Below, one piece after another: positions 1 through 8,316 of a stretch of 64,000 bases of DNA (the stretch's first letter is position 1; each line of letters begins with the position of its first letter). A program made the position numbers and the translations under genes. Source of the DNA: an uncultured archaeon. Lineage in GTDB: Archaea > Aenigmatarchaeota > Aenigmatarchaeia > QMZP01 > JAFGSV01. The DNA is taken from NCBI GenBank assembly GCA_964559215.1, contig CAZLFZ010000001.1:75287-139286 (forward strand), in the 5' to 3' direction. Below the pieces are notes generated by a model that did not search any database, had not been told where the DNA came from, and was given only the letters and a program-made list of their open reading frames with translations.

Positions 1-60
1 ATAAACGGTGCCAGGGAAAAACATCCTGGGCAGCATCATCAAAATCTTATCATCGGTCAT
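1..60 (-). CDS. 5' start of a CDS running off the window edge (MTDDKILMMLPRMFFPGTVY...), product unknown
   Basis: ATG at 60-58 preceded by a GGAG/GGTGA-like SD, just downstream of the ligase stop; open to the window edge. Confidence 0.4.
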   Translation of the reverse strand, partial: MTDDKILMMLPRMFFPGTVY

Positions 61-77
61 GCAACATCACCAACTCC

Positions 78-1601
78 TCATGCATCCAATTTAGCTCCAA
101 TTTCAAGCAATTTTCTCTTCTGAACCTTCCCGAATGTGTTCTTGGGTATTTCCTTTACCAAGGTCACGTCCCGCGGCACTTTGAACGGCGGGAGATTTTG
201 CTTGCAGAAAAGCAGAACCGAGTCCTCGGTCACGCCATTGGATTCCGGGACCGCAAAGAGCCTTACGGCTTCCCCCGTGACATCATCCGGAACCATGAGC
301 GCGGCTGCTTCGCTTATCCCGGGCATGGAATTAGCCACGTCTTCTATATCCGTCAACGAGAATCTCTTCCCCGCAACCTTGACGAAATCCTTCCTTCTTC
401 CAACGATATAGATGAATCCGTCGCTGTCGACCCTGGCAAGGTCTCCCGTGTAGAGCCAGCCGTTCCTGAATGTCTCCTTGGTCTTCTCTTCATCGTTCCA
501 GTAACCCGGGGATATGTTATCGCCCCTGGCTATGATTTCCCCCACTTCGCTTGGCTTTACGTCTTTTTCTGACTCGTCCACGACCCTGAGTTCAACTCCA
601 GGGATACCCTTTCCTATCGAGCCCAGCTTTGAGTTATAGAACTCGTATGGCAAATACGACAAGCGGGGCGAGGCCTCGGTCTGCCCGTAAAACAGTATTA
701 TCTTGCTGTGCGGCATGGCCTTTTGCAAATGCATCAGGTCTTTTTCGGAAAGTTTTCCTGCGCAGCAGTATGCCTGCCCGAGCGAACGTGTGTCCATCTC
801 CGCTATTCTGGTCATCTTCATCAGTATCTTGTAGGTTGCCGGCACGCCTGCGAATACCGTACACTTTTTCTCGACAAGCTCGTCGGCCACGCGCTGGGGG
901 AACATGAAGCTGTTGTTTATCACCATCTCCCCGCCAACCGCGGACATCATATGTAACAGGGACATCCCGTAGCAATGAAAAAAGGGCAGAACCAGCATCA
1001 GACGGTCTTCCTTGCCGAGTTCCAGATAATCGAGTATCGAGTTTGTGTTTGCCACGAGGTTCAGGTGCGTTATTTGCACGGCAACGGGCTCCCCTGTCGT
1101 GCCCGATGTGTGCAGCAACATAGCCAGCTCGTTCGGTTTAATTCCAGACGGTGCATAGCCGGTATCCGCTTCTTGCAGGTTTTTTTGTATAATGCCGTTC
1201 AGTGGATGGATAATTTTGATATCCTTGAATTTTGAGTGCACCCTCCCTGAGGCGAGCAATATCTTTGTTTGGGTGTTGCTTATCATGAAATCCAGGCTTA
1301 ATCTAGAGACTTCGATGTCTATCGGTACCAGGACGAATCCCGATGACATGCACGCAAAATGCGCAGCGATGTAATCCAGGCTGTTGGCTGACAGCAGGCC
1401 CACCCTGTCTCCCCTCTTTACACCAGCCGTTGAGAGGAACCTTTTAACGGCGTTTATCCGCTGAAACAAGTCGCCGCGAGTGTATTTCTCATCTCCTTGA
1501 AGCATGTAGGTTTTACCCGGCGATTCTCCCCCTCTCATCAGTATGTTGTCTGCCAATGTCAAGCTGAAATCAAGTTTAAGTTGTAGTTTATTTGCATGCA
1601 T
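78..1601 (-). CDS. AMP-binding (ANL superfamily) acyl-CoA/acyl-ACP ligase
   Basis: HTSGTTGEP P-loop, YGQTE, TGDLARVD and C-terminal PKNTFGKVQK motifs; 507 aa. Confidence 0.9.
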   Translation of the reverse strand: MHANKLQLKLDFSLTLADNILMRGGESPGKTYMLQGDEKYTRGDLFQRINAVKRFLSTAGVKRGDRVGLLSANSLDYIAAHFACMSSGFVLVPIDIEVSRLSLDFMISNTQTKILLASGRVHSKFKDIKIIHPLNGIIQKNLQEADTGYAPSGIKPNELAMLLHTSGTTGEPVAVQITHLNLVANTNSILDYLELGKEDRLMLVLPFFHCYGMSLLHMMSAVGGEMVINNSFMFPQRVADELVEKKCTVFAGVPATYKILMKMTRIAEMDTRSLGQAYCCAGKLSEKDLMHLQKAMPHSKIILFYGQTEASPRLSYLPYEFYNSKLGSIGKGIPGVELRVVDESEKDVKPSEVGEIIARGDNISPGYWNDEEKTKETFRNGWLYTGDLARVDSDGFIYIVGRRKDFVKVAGKRFSLTDIEDVANSMPGISEAAALMVPDDVTGEAVRLFAVPESNGVTEDSVLLFCKQNLPPFKVPRDVTLVKEIPKNTFGKVQKRKLLEIGAKLDA

Positions 1602-1827
1602 GTTTATCGACCGTTTCCACGATCTTTTTTACCGTGTCCATTTCCGAGATTTCGTCCACGCTGAGACTTATCTTGAACTCCTCCTCTATCGCTGATACAA
1701 GGGACATATGGTTGAGCGAATCCCAGTTTTCGAAATCATCGTGGGCCTTAGCAAAGCCAAAATCTTTGTCTTCGACCGCGAAGACCTTCATAAAGATTTT
1801 CTTCACCCTTTCCTTGCGCTCTTCCAT
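1588..1827 (-). CDS. Acyl carrier protein
   Basis: 79 aa acidic protein with WDSLNHMSLV phosphopantetheine-attachment motif; overlaps the ligase start. Confidence 0.85.
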   Translation of the reverse strand: MEERKERVKKIFMKVFAVEDKDFGFAKAHDDFENWDSLNHMSLVSAIEEEFKISLSVDEISEMDTVKKIVETVDKHACK

Positions 1828-1831
1828 CGTA

Positions 1832-2590
1832 TTACCTCTTATCGGACTGCTCCTTGAACCTGTCCTTTTTCATGACCACTCCGCAAAATTTCGCTGGATT
1901 CCCCATTACGATCTGGAAGTCCTCGACATCCTCAAAGACAACCGAGCCTGCAGCTATCGCCGAGTCCTCCCCTATCGTCACTCCAGGCAATATCGCTGAA
2001 TTGCCTCCGATGCGGCATTTATCCTTTATTATGGGAGGGTTGCATGTGTTCCCGCCCCTTGCCATTTTTTTGTCCGACACGGTTGACACGTCTGGCCCTA
2101 TAAAGACGTTATTGCCTATCTGTGTCTTTCCGGTTATCTGGCTGTTTCCCATTATTCTGGTGTGGTGCCCGATCTTTGTCCCGAACTCCATCGTGACTTT
2201 CCGGCCGATTGTGCACCAGTCGCCAATCTCGCATCCCTCCCTGATGCCAGCGTCATCGGCCACGAAACAGTTGTCCCCAATCCTCGTCCCGGCATAGATT
2301 ATTGTCCTGGTGCCTATGAGGTTGTTTTTCCCTATTGTTGTTCCTCCCTGTTCTTCTATCTTGTAGGTTGACCTGGGCCCTGGCCTCGGTTGTTTGCCTA
2401 CGATCACGTCCTCTTGGATAATCGTGTTCTCACCAATGAGCGTGTTCTTATGTATAATTGCCCTGTTTTCAATCAAAACATTGTCTTTTATCTGGCATCC
2501 CTTCTCGATTATGACAAAGTGTCCTATCTTCACATTTTCGCCCAGCACAACATCCCTGGCGATTATGGAGCTTGTGCTCTTCATCTTCAT
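1832..2590 (-). CDS. Hexapeptide-repeat (left-handed beta-helix) acyl/acetyltransferase, probably acting on sugars
   Basis: Many [LIV]-G-x4 repeats (IGENTII, IGKNNLIG, IGDNCFV); C-terminal IAAGSVV...GNPAK. Confidence 0.85.
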   Translation of the reverse strand: MKMKSTSSIIARDVVLGENVKIGHFVIIEKGCQIKDNVLIENRAIIHKNTLIGENTIIQEDVIVGKQPRPGPRSTYKIEEQGGTTIGKNNLIGTRTIIYAGTRIGDNCFVADDAGIREGCEIGDWCTIGRKVTMEFGTKIGHHTRIMGNSQITGKTQIGNNVFIGPDVSTVSDKKMARGGNTCNPPIIKDKCRIGGNSAILPGVTIGEDSAIAAGSVVFEDVEDFQIVMGNPAKFCGVVMKKDRFKEQSDKR

Positions 2591-2676
2591 CCAGTTAATA
2601 TTTTGGCTGGTGCCTTTATAAAGCTTAATATATTTAATTAATTATATGTAAAAAGGTTGAAAAAATTAAGATTGGT
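2591..2676. promoter_or_regulatory. AT-rich divergent promoter region
   Basis: Lies between divergent genes; TATA-like TTTATAAA at 2615-2622. Confidence 0.45.
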
Positions 2677-3102
2677 ATGAAATTAACGCCTTCCCTTAAG
2701 AGGATTTTGAGCCTGATAGAAGAAAAGAATGCTACAAAAATTGCCGATTTTGCTAAAAATCTTAACATCACCCCCGCGGGGGTTCACGGGCATATCAAGA
2801 AACTCAAAAATGGCGGGGTGATAAAAAAGAGCTATCTTGTAAACTATTCTGTGTTCGGTCTCATCCCAGTTTTGTTCATGCTTGAATTCTTCCAGCCCAT
2901 TGACAAGGAATTCATCCGGAAAATAAACGAACATTCGAGCGTTAAAAAGATTCTCAAGGTTGGCGGTGATTTCGATTGCATCGTATTCACGGTGTTCGAA
3001 AACGAGGAGCAGATGAGGCATTTTCTGACCTCGGTGCTTGCGCACAACGACAAGATAAGGAATTTCAAGACCATCATGCTCGGGAAGGAGGGATACATGT
3101 GA
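2677..3102 (+). CDS. Lrp/AsnC family transcriptional regulator
   Basis: N-terminal HTH (AKNLNITPAGVHGHIKKLKNGGVIK) and RAM-like C-terminus (KVGGDFD); 141 aa. Confidence 0.8.
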   Translation: MKLTPSLKRILSLIEEKNATKIADFAKNLNITPAGVHGHIKKLKNGGVIKKSYLVNYSVFGLIPVLFMLEFFQPIDKEFIRKINEHSSVKKILKVGGDFDCIVFTVFENEEQMRHFLTSVLAHNDKIRNFKTIMLGKEGYM

Positions 3103-3935
3103 AGGCCGTTGTTGTAGGGACTGACTACTTTGCCGACAGGTTCCTCTACCTAATCAAAAATATGGGTGTACACGCTGAAAGGGTGTCGAAAATTCCTGCA
3201 AAACTGGATTTTGACGCCGTATTCTTTTCCGGTGCGGCGTGCACGATGAGAAACATCAGCCGTTCCCTTAAAGAAGGTCTACACGTCTTTTCGGAGCAGA
3301 TTCTGTTTGATTCGGGGGATGTTACGGGATTTGTTGATTATGCAAAGAGGCGTGGGTTGAAATTATACCTCGGCTCCTTTGATATCTTCAATCCGGTTGT
3401 CAGACAGGTTATGGAGCTGCTAAAAAATCAGGACATCTTCGGTGTGCGTCTGGACAGGATTGGACCGGTCAGCCATTCCAATATTAATCTTATCGAAGAT
3501 TCCGTTCTGCACGGCATTGGGACATTGCGTTATATTTTGGGCGATAAAAGGCCCGTCGAAATTCAAGCGTGTTTTTCGGACAAGGCACACAGCCAATGCA
3601 CACTCGTGCTGAAAATCGGTGATGTTGACGGCGTGATATACGCAAGCAATAAGAATCGATACAAGGAAAGGACCGTTGATGTTTTTTGCAGGTCCATGAG
3701 GGCGAGGGTGGACATCACCCGGCAGGAAATCTATGTTCTGGACAGCAGGAATAGCGACATCAACTTGTGTGAAGCAGGTGTCTGGAGCTTCAGGAGATAC
3801 TATGTGAAAAAAGAGGAGCCTCTCAAGGTTTTGATAAGGGATTTCTTGGAAAAGGATGGGAATCCGCTTGATTATGGTTTCATCAAGGGCGTGCTCAGGA
3901 CGACATTTGAGGTGAAGAGGAAGTTTTTGGAGTAG
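3099..3935 (+). CDS. Gfo/Idh/MocA-like oxidoreductase (divergent)
   Basis: In-frame GTG at 3099 overlaps the Lrp stop; Rossmann-like KAVVVG start; EKP motif degenerate (SEQ); DSVLHGI resembles the DxxxH motif. Confidence 0.6.
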   Translation: MKAVVVGTDYFADRFLYLIKNMGVHAERVSKIPAKLDFDAVFFSGAACTMRNISRSLKEGLHVFSEQILFDSGDVTGFVDYAKRRGLKLYLGSFDIFNPVVRQVMELLKNQDIFGVRLDRIGPVSHSNINLIEDSVLHGIGTLRYILGDKRPVEIQACFSDKAHSQCTLVLKIGDVDGVIYASNKNRYKERTVDVFCRSMRARVDITRQEIYVLDSRNSDINLCEAGVWSFRRYYVKKEEPLKVLIRDFLEKDGNPLDYGFIKGVLRTTFEVKRKFLE

Positions 3936-4011
3936 GTGGGGCATGGCAGTTATTAATAAAAATGCGTGTAAAATAAAGAGTGTGAAAATTTCAGCAACTT
4001 GGTGATGCTCA

Positions 4012-5046
4012 ATGGAATGGGTCTTGTTTTTATGCTTCATGATATCTTTCATAACAACCCTGCTCATTGTGCCTAAATGGATCAAGAAAGCAAAAACCGT
4101 TGGGTTGGTAGGAACTGACATGAACAAGTTTCACAAACCCAAGGTGGCGGAGGCAGGCGGCATAACGGTGATAATCGGCACTGTCTTTGGCATCCTCTTT
4201 TACATATTCATAAAGACCTTTTATTTTTCTTCCCCGGAAGGCCTTGTGGAGATTTTTGCCGTAATCGCAACCATCTTGCTGGCGGGCTTTATCGGCTTTA
4301 TCGATGATATCCTCGGATGGAAAACTGGTATGAGTCAGACACACAAGGTTCTTTCAACATTGCCGATAGCGATACCGCTGGCTGTGGTGAATGCAGGAGA
4401 TTCTGTCATGGCCCTGCCTCTTTTAGGCGCCGTGGATTTCGGTGTCATATTCCCTCTTGTGTTAATCCCGGCCGGCATCATCGGAGCCACGAACGGCTTC
4501 AATATGCTCGCCGGCTACAACGGACTGGAATCAGGGATGGGCATTATCATCCTCTCAGCACTTGGCATAATCATGTGGCTTTCCAGCTCCAGTTGGGTAA
4601 CTATGCTGTCACTGACCATGGTTTTTGCCTTGCTGGCCTTTCTGTGGTATAACAAATCGCCAGCCAGGGTTTTCCCTGGCGACAGCCTTACTTATCCGGT
4701 CGGTGCCACTATAGCATGTATTGCAATACTCGGTAACACGGAAAGGGTAGCGCTGATCCTGTTCATCCCTTACATATTTTTCGAGGCGCTGGGATTCATG
4801 AAGTTTCTCATCGAAAAGCACCGCGACAGCAGGGTTGAACTTCCCGAGGCATTTGCTACCAAGGTCTATCCTGATGGCCGCCTGGAGTACACGGACAAAA
4901 TCTACGGATTCGAGCCCATTGGATACAAAATTGCGAAAAGGTTCAAGCAAAAGGTTTACGAGAATGACGTGGTCATGAGCATCTGGGGCGTCGAGATACT
5001 GATTGCGGCAATTGCGCTGTGGTTGTGGCTGCAGCATATTATTTAG
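4012..5046 (+). CDS. aglH: UDP-GlcNAc:dolichyl-phosphate GlcNAc-1-phosphotransferase (GPT/AglH-like, MraY family)
   Basis: DMNK...VAEAGG, GFIDDILG, NGFNMLAGYNGLE and FPGDS motifs; polytopic membrane protein next to aglB. Confidence 0.85.
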   Translation: MEWVLFLCFMISFITTLLIVPKWIKKAKTVGLVGTDMNKFHKPKVAEAGGITVIIGTVFGILFYIFIKTFYFSSPEGLVEIFAVIATILLAGFIGFIDDILGWKTGMSQTHKVLSTLPIAIPLAVVNAGDSVMALPLLGAVDFGVIFPLVLIPAGIIGATNGFNMLAGYNGLESGMGIIILSALGIIMWLSSSSWVTMLSLTMVFALLAFLWYNKSPARVFPGDSLTYPVGATIACIAILGNTERVALILFIPYIFFEALGFMKFLIEKHRDSRVELPEAFATKVYPDGRLEYTDKIYGFEPIGYKIAKRFKQKVYENDVVMSIWGVEILIAAIALWLWLQHII

Positions 5047-5083
5047 TTCATGCTTTCTCTTTATGACACAATCTTGGAAATAA

Positions 5084-7303
5084 CTAGGAAGAACTTGCCG
5101 TTTCGTTGATCTCCAGCTTGTATATCTTTATCAACTGGTTGTCGAAGACCTTCTCGACGTCGGGTATGCCGTAGCCGTCCATGAACATGAGGTTTGTGAA
5201 TATGGTAAATTCGGCCTCTTGGGGTATGTAAAACAATCCGTAGGCAGCGATAGCCACGCAGCCGGGCATGGTGTCCGCATCGTCCGAGCTTTGCATCCTG
5301 ATGATCCCGTTAGTCGTGCATATGTCGTTGATATAGGTCCGCCCGATGTATTGCTCCCCCCTGGATACCATGAACATCGGCGGCCCCGCTATATTTCCAT
5401 TATCTCCCACTGGCATCCATATAGTGTACTGTCCGGCCTTGTATTCGATGATGGTCTTGTTCTGCTGGGGGTAGACTGCGCTCTGCTGGAACTGCAACAT
5501 GCCGATTACCTGCTTGCCCCTGCTGGCAATCTTCGATATGGCCCCGTATTTCCCGGGCAGGGTATAATCCATGAGTATGTAGCTTACGTCCTTGCCCCTC
5601 AGCCATGGCCTGAAATCCGTCCAGTTTTTGCCATCTGACGTGAACCAGTCAGCGATTTGCTCGTCCACACTGCCGTTGATATTGCCGCCGTCAGCCGTGC
5701 TTGGCCTGTGCCCCCTGGTCTGGAACCAGTACCCGAAATCCCACCAGGACAGGACGCTCGCATTTTCCGGCGTCTCTTCTGCGAGATATTCCATGGACTC
5801 TTTCCACCAGTTGTTGAAAGATGGCCCCACGCTGTTGCAGAACACATAACCCGTCGCCAGGTTTGTTAGTATCAAAAATGAGACCAGCGCCATAAGGGGT
5901 AGCGACACCACATTCAGTTTTTTTATGCCATCTTTGCTTTTCATATACCCTAGTCGTGAAACCCTGTTTATGCCATCGGCCAGGAAATATCCTGCCACGA
6001 GGGCCGCGGGAGGGGCGAGGAAGAAAACCAGCCTTACCATGTAGAACACAGTCTGTATCGACATTACCAGCCACAGCAACGGCAGCAAGAGCAACCATTC
6101 CCTTCTCGAATAAATATTAAGCAGTATCATGCATGAACCCAGCAGGAACAGAAACCATATGCTGAAAAGCGTATCGAACGGTGCAGTCAATGGTACCAGT
6201 GAGCGCGAAAAAGCCACGTTGGACCTTGAGACTATGTCGTTCCAGCTGCCTGACATCTGCTCCGCGACCGTGCTCCCGATATGGCCCTTTTCTCCCAGCT
6301 GAATCAACTGCAAACCCCTGTTGATAATCCCCCAGCAGAAGTCCGAGAACATGGAGCCTATCAGCAGCGCAACGAATATCATGATCAGCGTCGCGGGTAT
6401 CACGTACGGCATCTGCTCGTCTTTTACTATCTTGTATCTTTCGCTTGCAAAACGAATAACGATTAAAGCTATGGTGAGCATGGCCAGGATCTGCTCAAGG
6501 GGCCAGCCGGTGACACCTAACAAGTAACGTTGTGCGAGAATTGCAGCGGCCAGGCTTGGCAGTGCACATTTGAGCATGGATTCCCTGTACCGGTTGAGCA
6601 GTAGTTTTATGATCAAGAAACCCGAAACGAAGTAAACGAAGAACTGTGCCCCTCCCCATGAACCAATCGCCAGAAACACGGAAACGCCGGACAGCAGGCC
6701 CCATTTCCACGAATTCTTGTTGTACGACTTGACGAACAGGTAAACCGCCAACAGCAAGAAGGTCCCTCCGGTTGCCTCCTTGTCGAAAAAACCGGCGGAT
6801 GTCCTGGATATGTAAGCCGGTATGGTAGCAAGAAAAATCGCTGCGAACAGGCCCGCTTTGTTGTCTTTGAAAATCTCTTTCCCTATCCAGAATATTATGA
6901 ACACGGACACCGCTCCCATGATGGCTGGATATAGTATCGCGAAATCGAGGAACGGCATGCTGATCCCGAAGAAGACGAATACGAGATAGAGAAGGACCGG
7001 GACGTAAAAATAGACAATGGGGCCGTAGTTGCCGATGGATACGCCGTCCGGCCAGTACCTCATATGGTCATGCGGAGGCAATTGAAGGTTGTGTTCCAGC
7101 ATGTACTCGTTCAGCCTGTATGCGTAGAAAGGGTCGAGGGCCTGCAATTCGCCGTATTTTGCAGGGATGCTCCTTGACCACAAAGCAAAAACAGTTATAA
7201 GAATCAGGCACCACACCCACCAGTATTTGATGATTACGGCCGGGCTAGCCACGCTTCTCATTTTTTCAATGATGTCGGGAAATTGCATAGTATCTAATTT
7301 CAA
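5084..7303 (-). CDS. aglB: Oligosaccharyltransferase AglB (STT3 family)
   Basis: DPFY, GFFDKE, STVAE and SWWDFGYW (WWDYG variant) motifs; multi-TM N-terminal half plus soluble C-terminal domain. Confidence 0.93.
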   Translation of the reverse strand: MKLDTMQFPDIIEKMRSVASPAVIIKYWWVWCLILITVFALWSRSIPAKYGELQALDPFYAYRLNEYMLEHNLQLPPHDHMRYWPDGVSIGNYGPIVYFYVPVLLYLVFVFFGISMPFLDFAILYPAIMGAVSVFIIFWIGKEIFKDNKAGLFAAIFLATIPAYISRTSAGFFDKEATGGTFLLLAVYLFVKSYNKNSWKWGLLSGVSVFLAIGSWGGAQFFVYFVSGFLIIKLLLNRYRESMLKCALPSLAAAILAQRYLLGVTGWPLEQILAMLTIALIVIRFASERYKIVKDEQMPYVIPATLIMIFVALLIGSMFSDFCWGIINRGLQLIQLGEKGHIGSTVAEQMSGSWNDIVSRSNVAFSRSLVPLTAPFDTLFSIWFLFLLGSCMILLNIYSRREWLLLLPLLWLVMSIQTVFYMVRLVFFLAPPAALVAGYFLADGINRVSRLGYMKSKDGIKKLNVVSLPLMALVSFLILTNLATGYVFCNSVGPSFNNWWKESMEYLAEETPENASVLSWWDFGYWFQTRGHRPSTADGGNINGSVDEQIADWFTSDGKNWTDFRPWLRGKDVSYILMDYTLPGKYGAISKIASRGKQVIGMLQFQQSAVYPQQNKTIIEYKAGQYTIWMPVGDNGNIAGPPMFMVSRGEQYIGRTYINDICTTNGIIRMQSSDDADTMPGCVAIAAYGLFYIPQEAEFTIFTNLMFMDGYGIPDVEKVFDNQLIKIYKLEINETASSS

Positions 7304-7350
7304 AATGCTATTTTAAATCTTTGTTTGCTACATCAGACGGAGAGATTCTG

Positions 7351-8292
7351 CTACGCGGAAATTATGAATAACTTTAGATACAGGAAAAATCCGTACATGA
7401 GCAGCAACGCGAGGCCGTCAAGCCTGCTCAGCTTGTTCTCCACCCGCATGAAAAGGAGCAGCAGCGCTGTGAACAGCAACATCAGCGGTATGCTGTAAGT
7501 CAGCAGCATACTTTCCACTGCTATTGTTCCCACCATCGCGCTCGCTCCGAGAACCATCAGCAAATTAAAAACATTCGAGCCTATTATGTTGCCGAGCGCT
7601 ATTCCTTGCAGCTTTTTGAGCGCCGCCGTAACGGATGTGGCAAGCTCGGGTAATGAGGTTCCTATCGCCACTATGGTCAACCCTATGACTGTTTCAGAGA
7701 TGCTGAAACTCCTCGCCAGACTTAGGCTGGATGTGATCAGAAGCTCGGCTCCTACCATCACCCCCGCACCGCCAACTACACAAAGCGCCAACCCACGCGG
7801 CAAACTTTCCCTTTCAACGATTTTTGTGATAATGTTCTCCTGCAGGCTCTTCTCTTTTGCCAGATAGTAGATGTATAAAAAGAGCATGGTCACCAAAATG
7901 GCTCCTTTAATCAGGGAGAGCCCGTCAACAATAAAAAGCACCGCTATCAGCGTGACCGCCAACATGATGTATCCCTGCTTGAGTTCTGCCTTCCCCCCCG
8001 GTATATCGGGCGTCAGCAACGCCGCAACCCCCAGAACGAGGCCTATGTTTGCTATGTTTGAACCTATCACGTTGCCTATGGCTATTCCCGAGGCTCCCCT
8101 GAGCACAGACATTACGCTGACCGACAGCTCAGGCAACGATGTTGTAAACGCCACCAATGTAAGTCCGATTACTATATCAGAGACTCCTAAACTCCTTGCT
8201 ATTCTCGATGCGTTCCCGGTGAATAAGGCTGCCCCCTTCAGCAGCACAATCAATCCCAAAAAGAACAGCAGGACATCGATAACGATTTGCAT
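7351..8292 (-). CDS. Ca2+/Na+ antiporter (CaCA family, YrbG-like)
   Basis: Two alpha repeats, AFTTSLPEL...GNVIGSNIAN and AIGTSLPEL...GNIIGSNVFN. Confidence 0.92.
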   Translation of the reverse strand: MQIVIDVLLFFLGLIVLLKGAALFTGNASRIARSLGVSDIVIGLTLVAFTTSLPELSVSVMSVLRGASGIAIGNVIGSNIANIGLVLGVAALLTPDIPGGKAELKQGYIMLAVTLIAVLFIVDGLSLIKGAILVTMLFLYIYYLAKEKSLQENIITKIVERESLPRGLALCVVGGAGVMVGAELLITSSLSLARSFSISETVIGLTIVAIGTSLPELATSVTAALKKLQGIALGNIIGSNVFNLLMVLGASAMVGTIAVESMLLTYSIPLMLLFTALLLLFMRVENKLSRLDGLALLLMYGFFLYLKLFIISA

Positions 8293-8316
8293 AGTATTAT
8301 GTTGATATCGTTGCTT

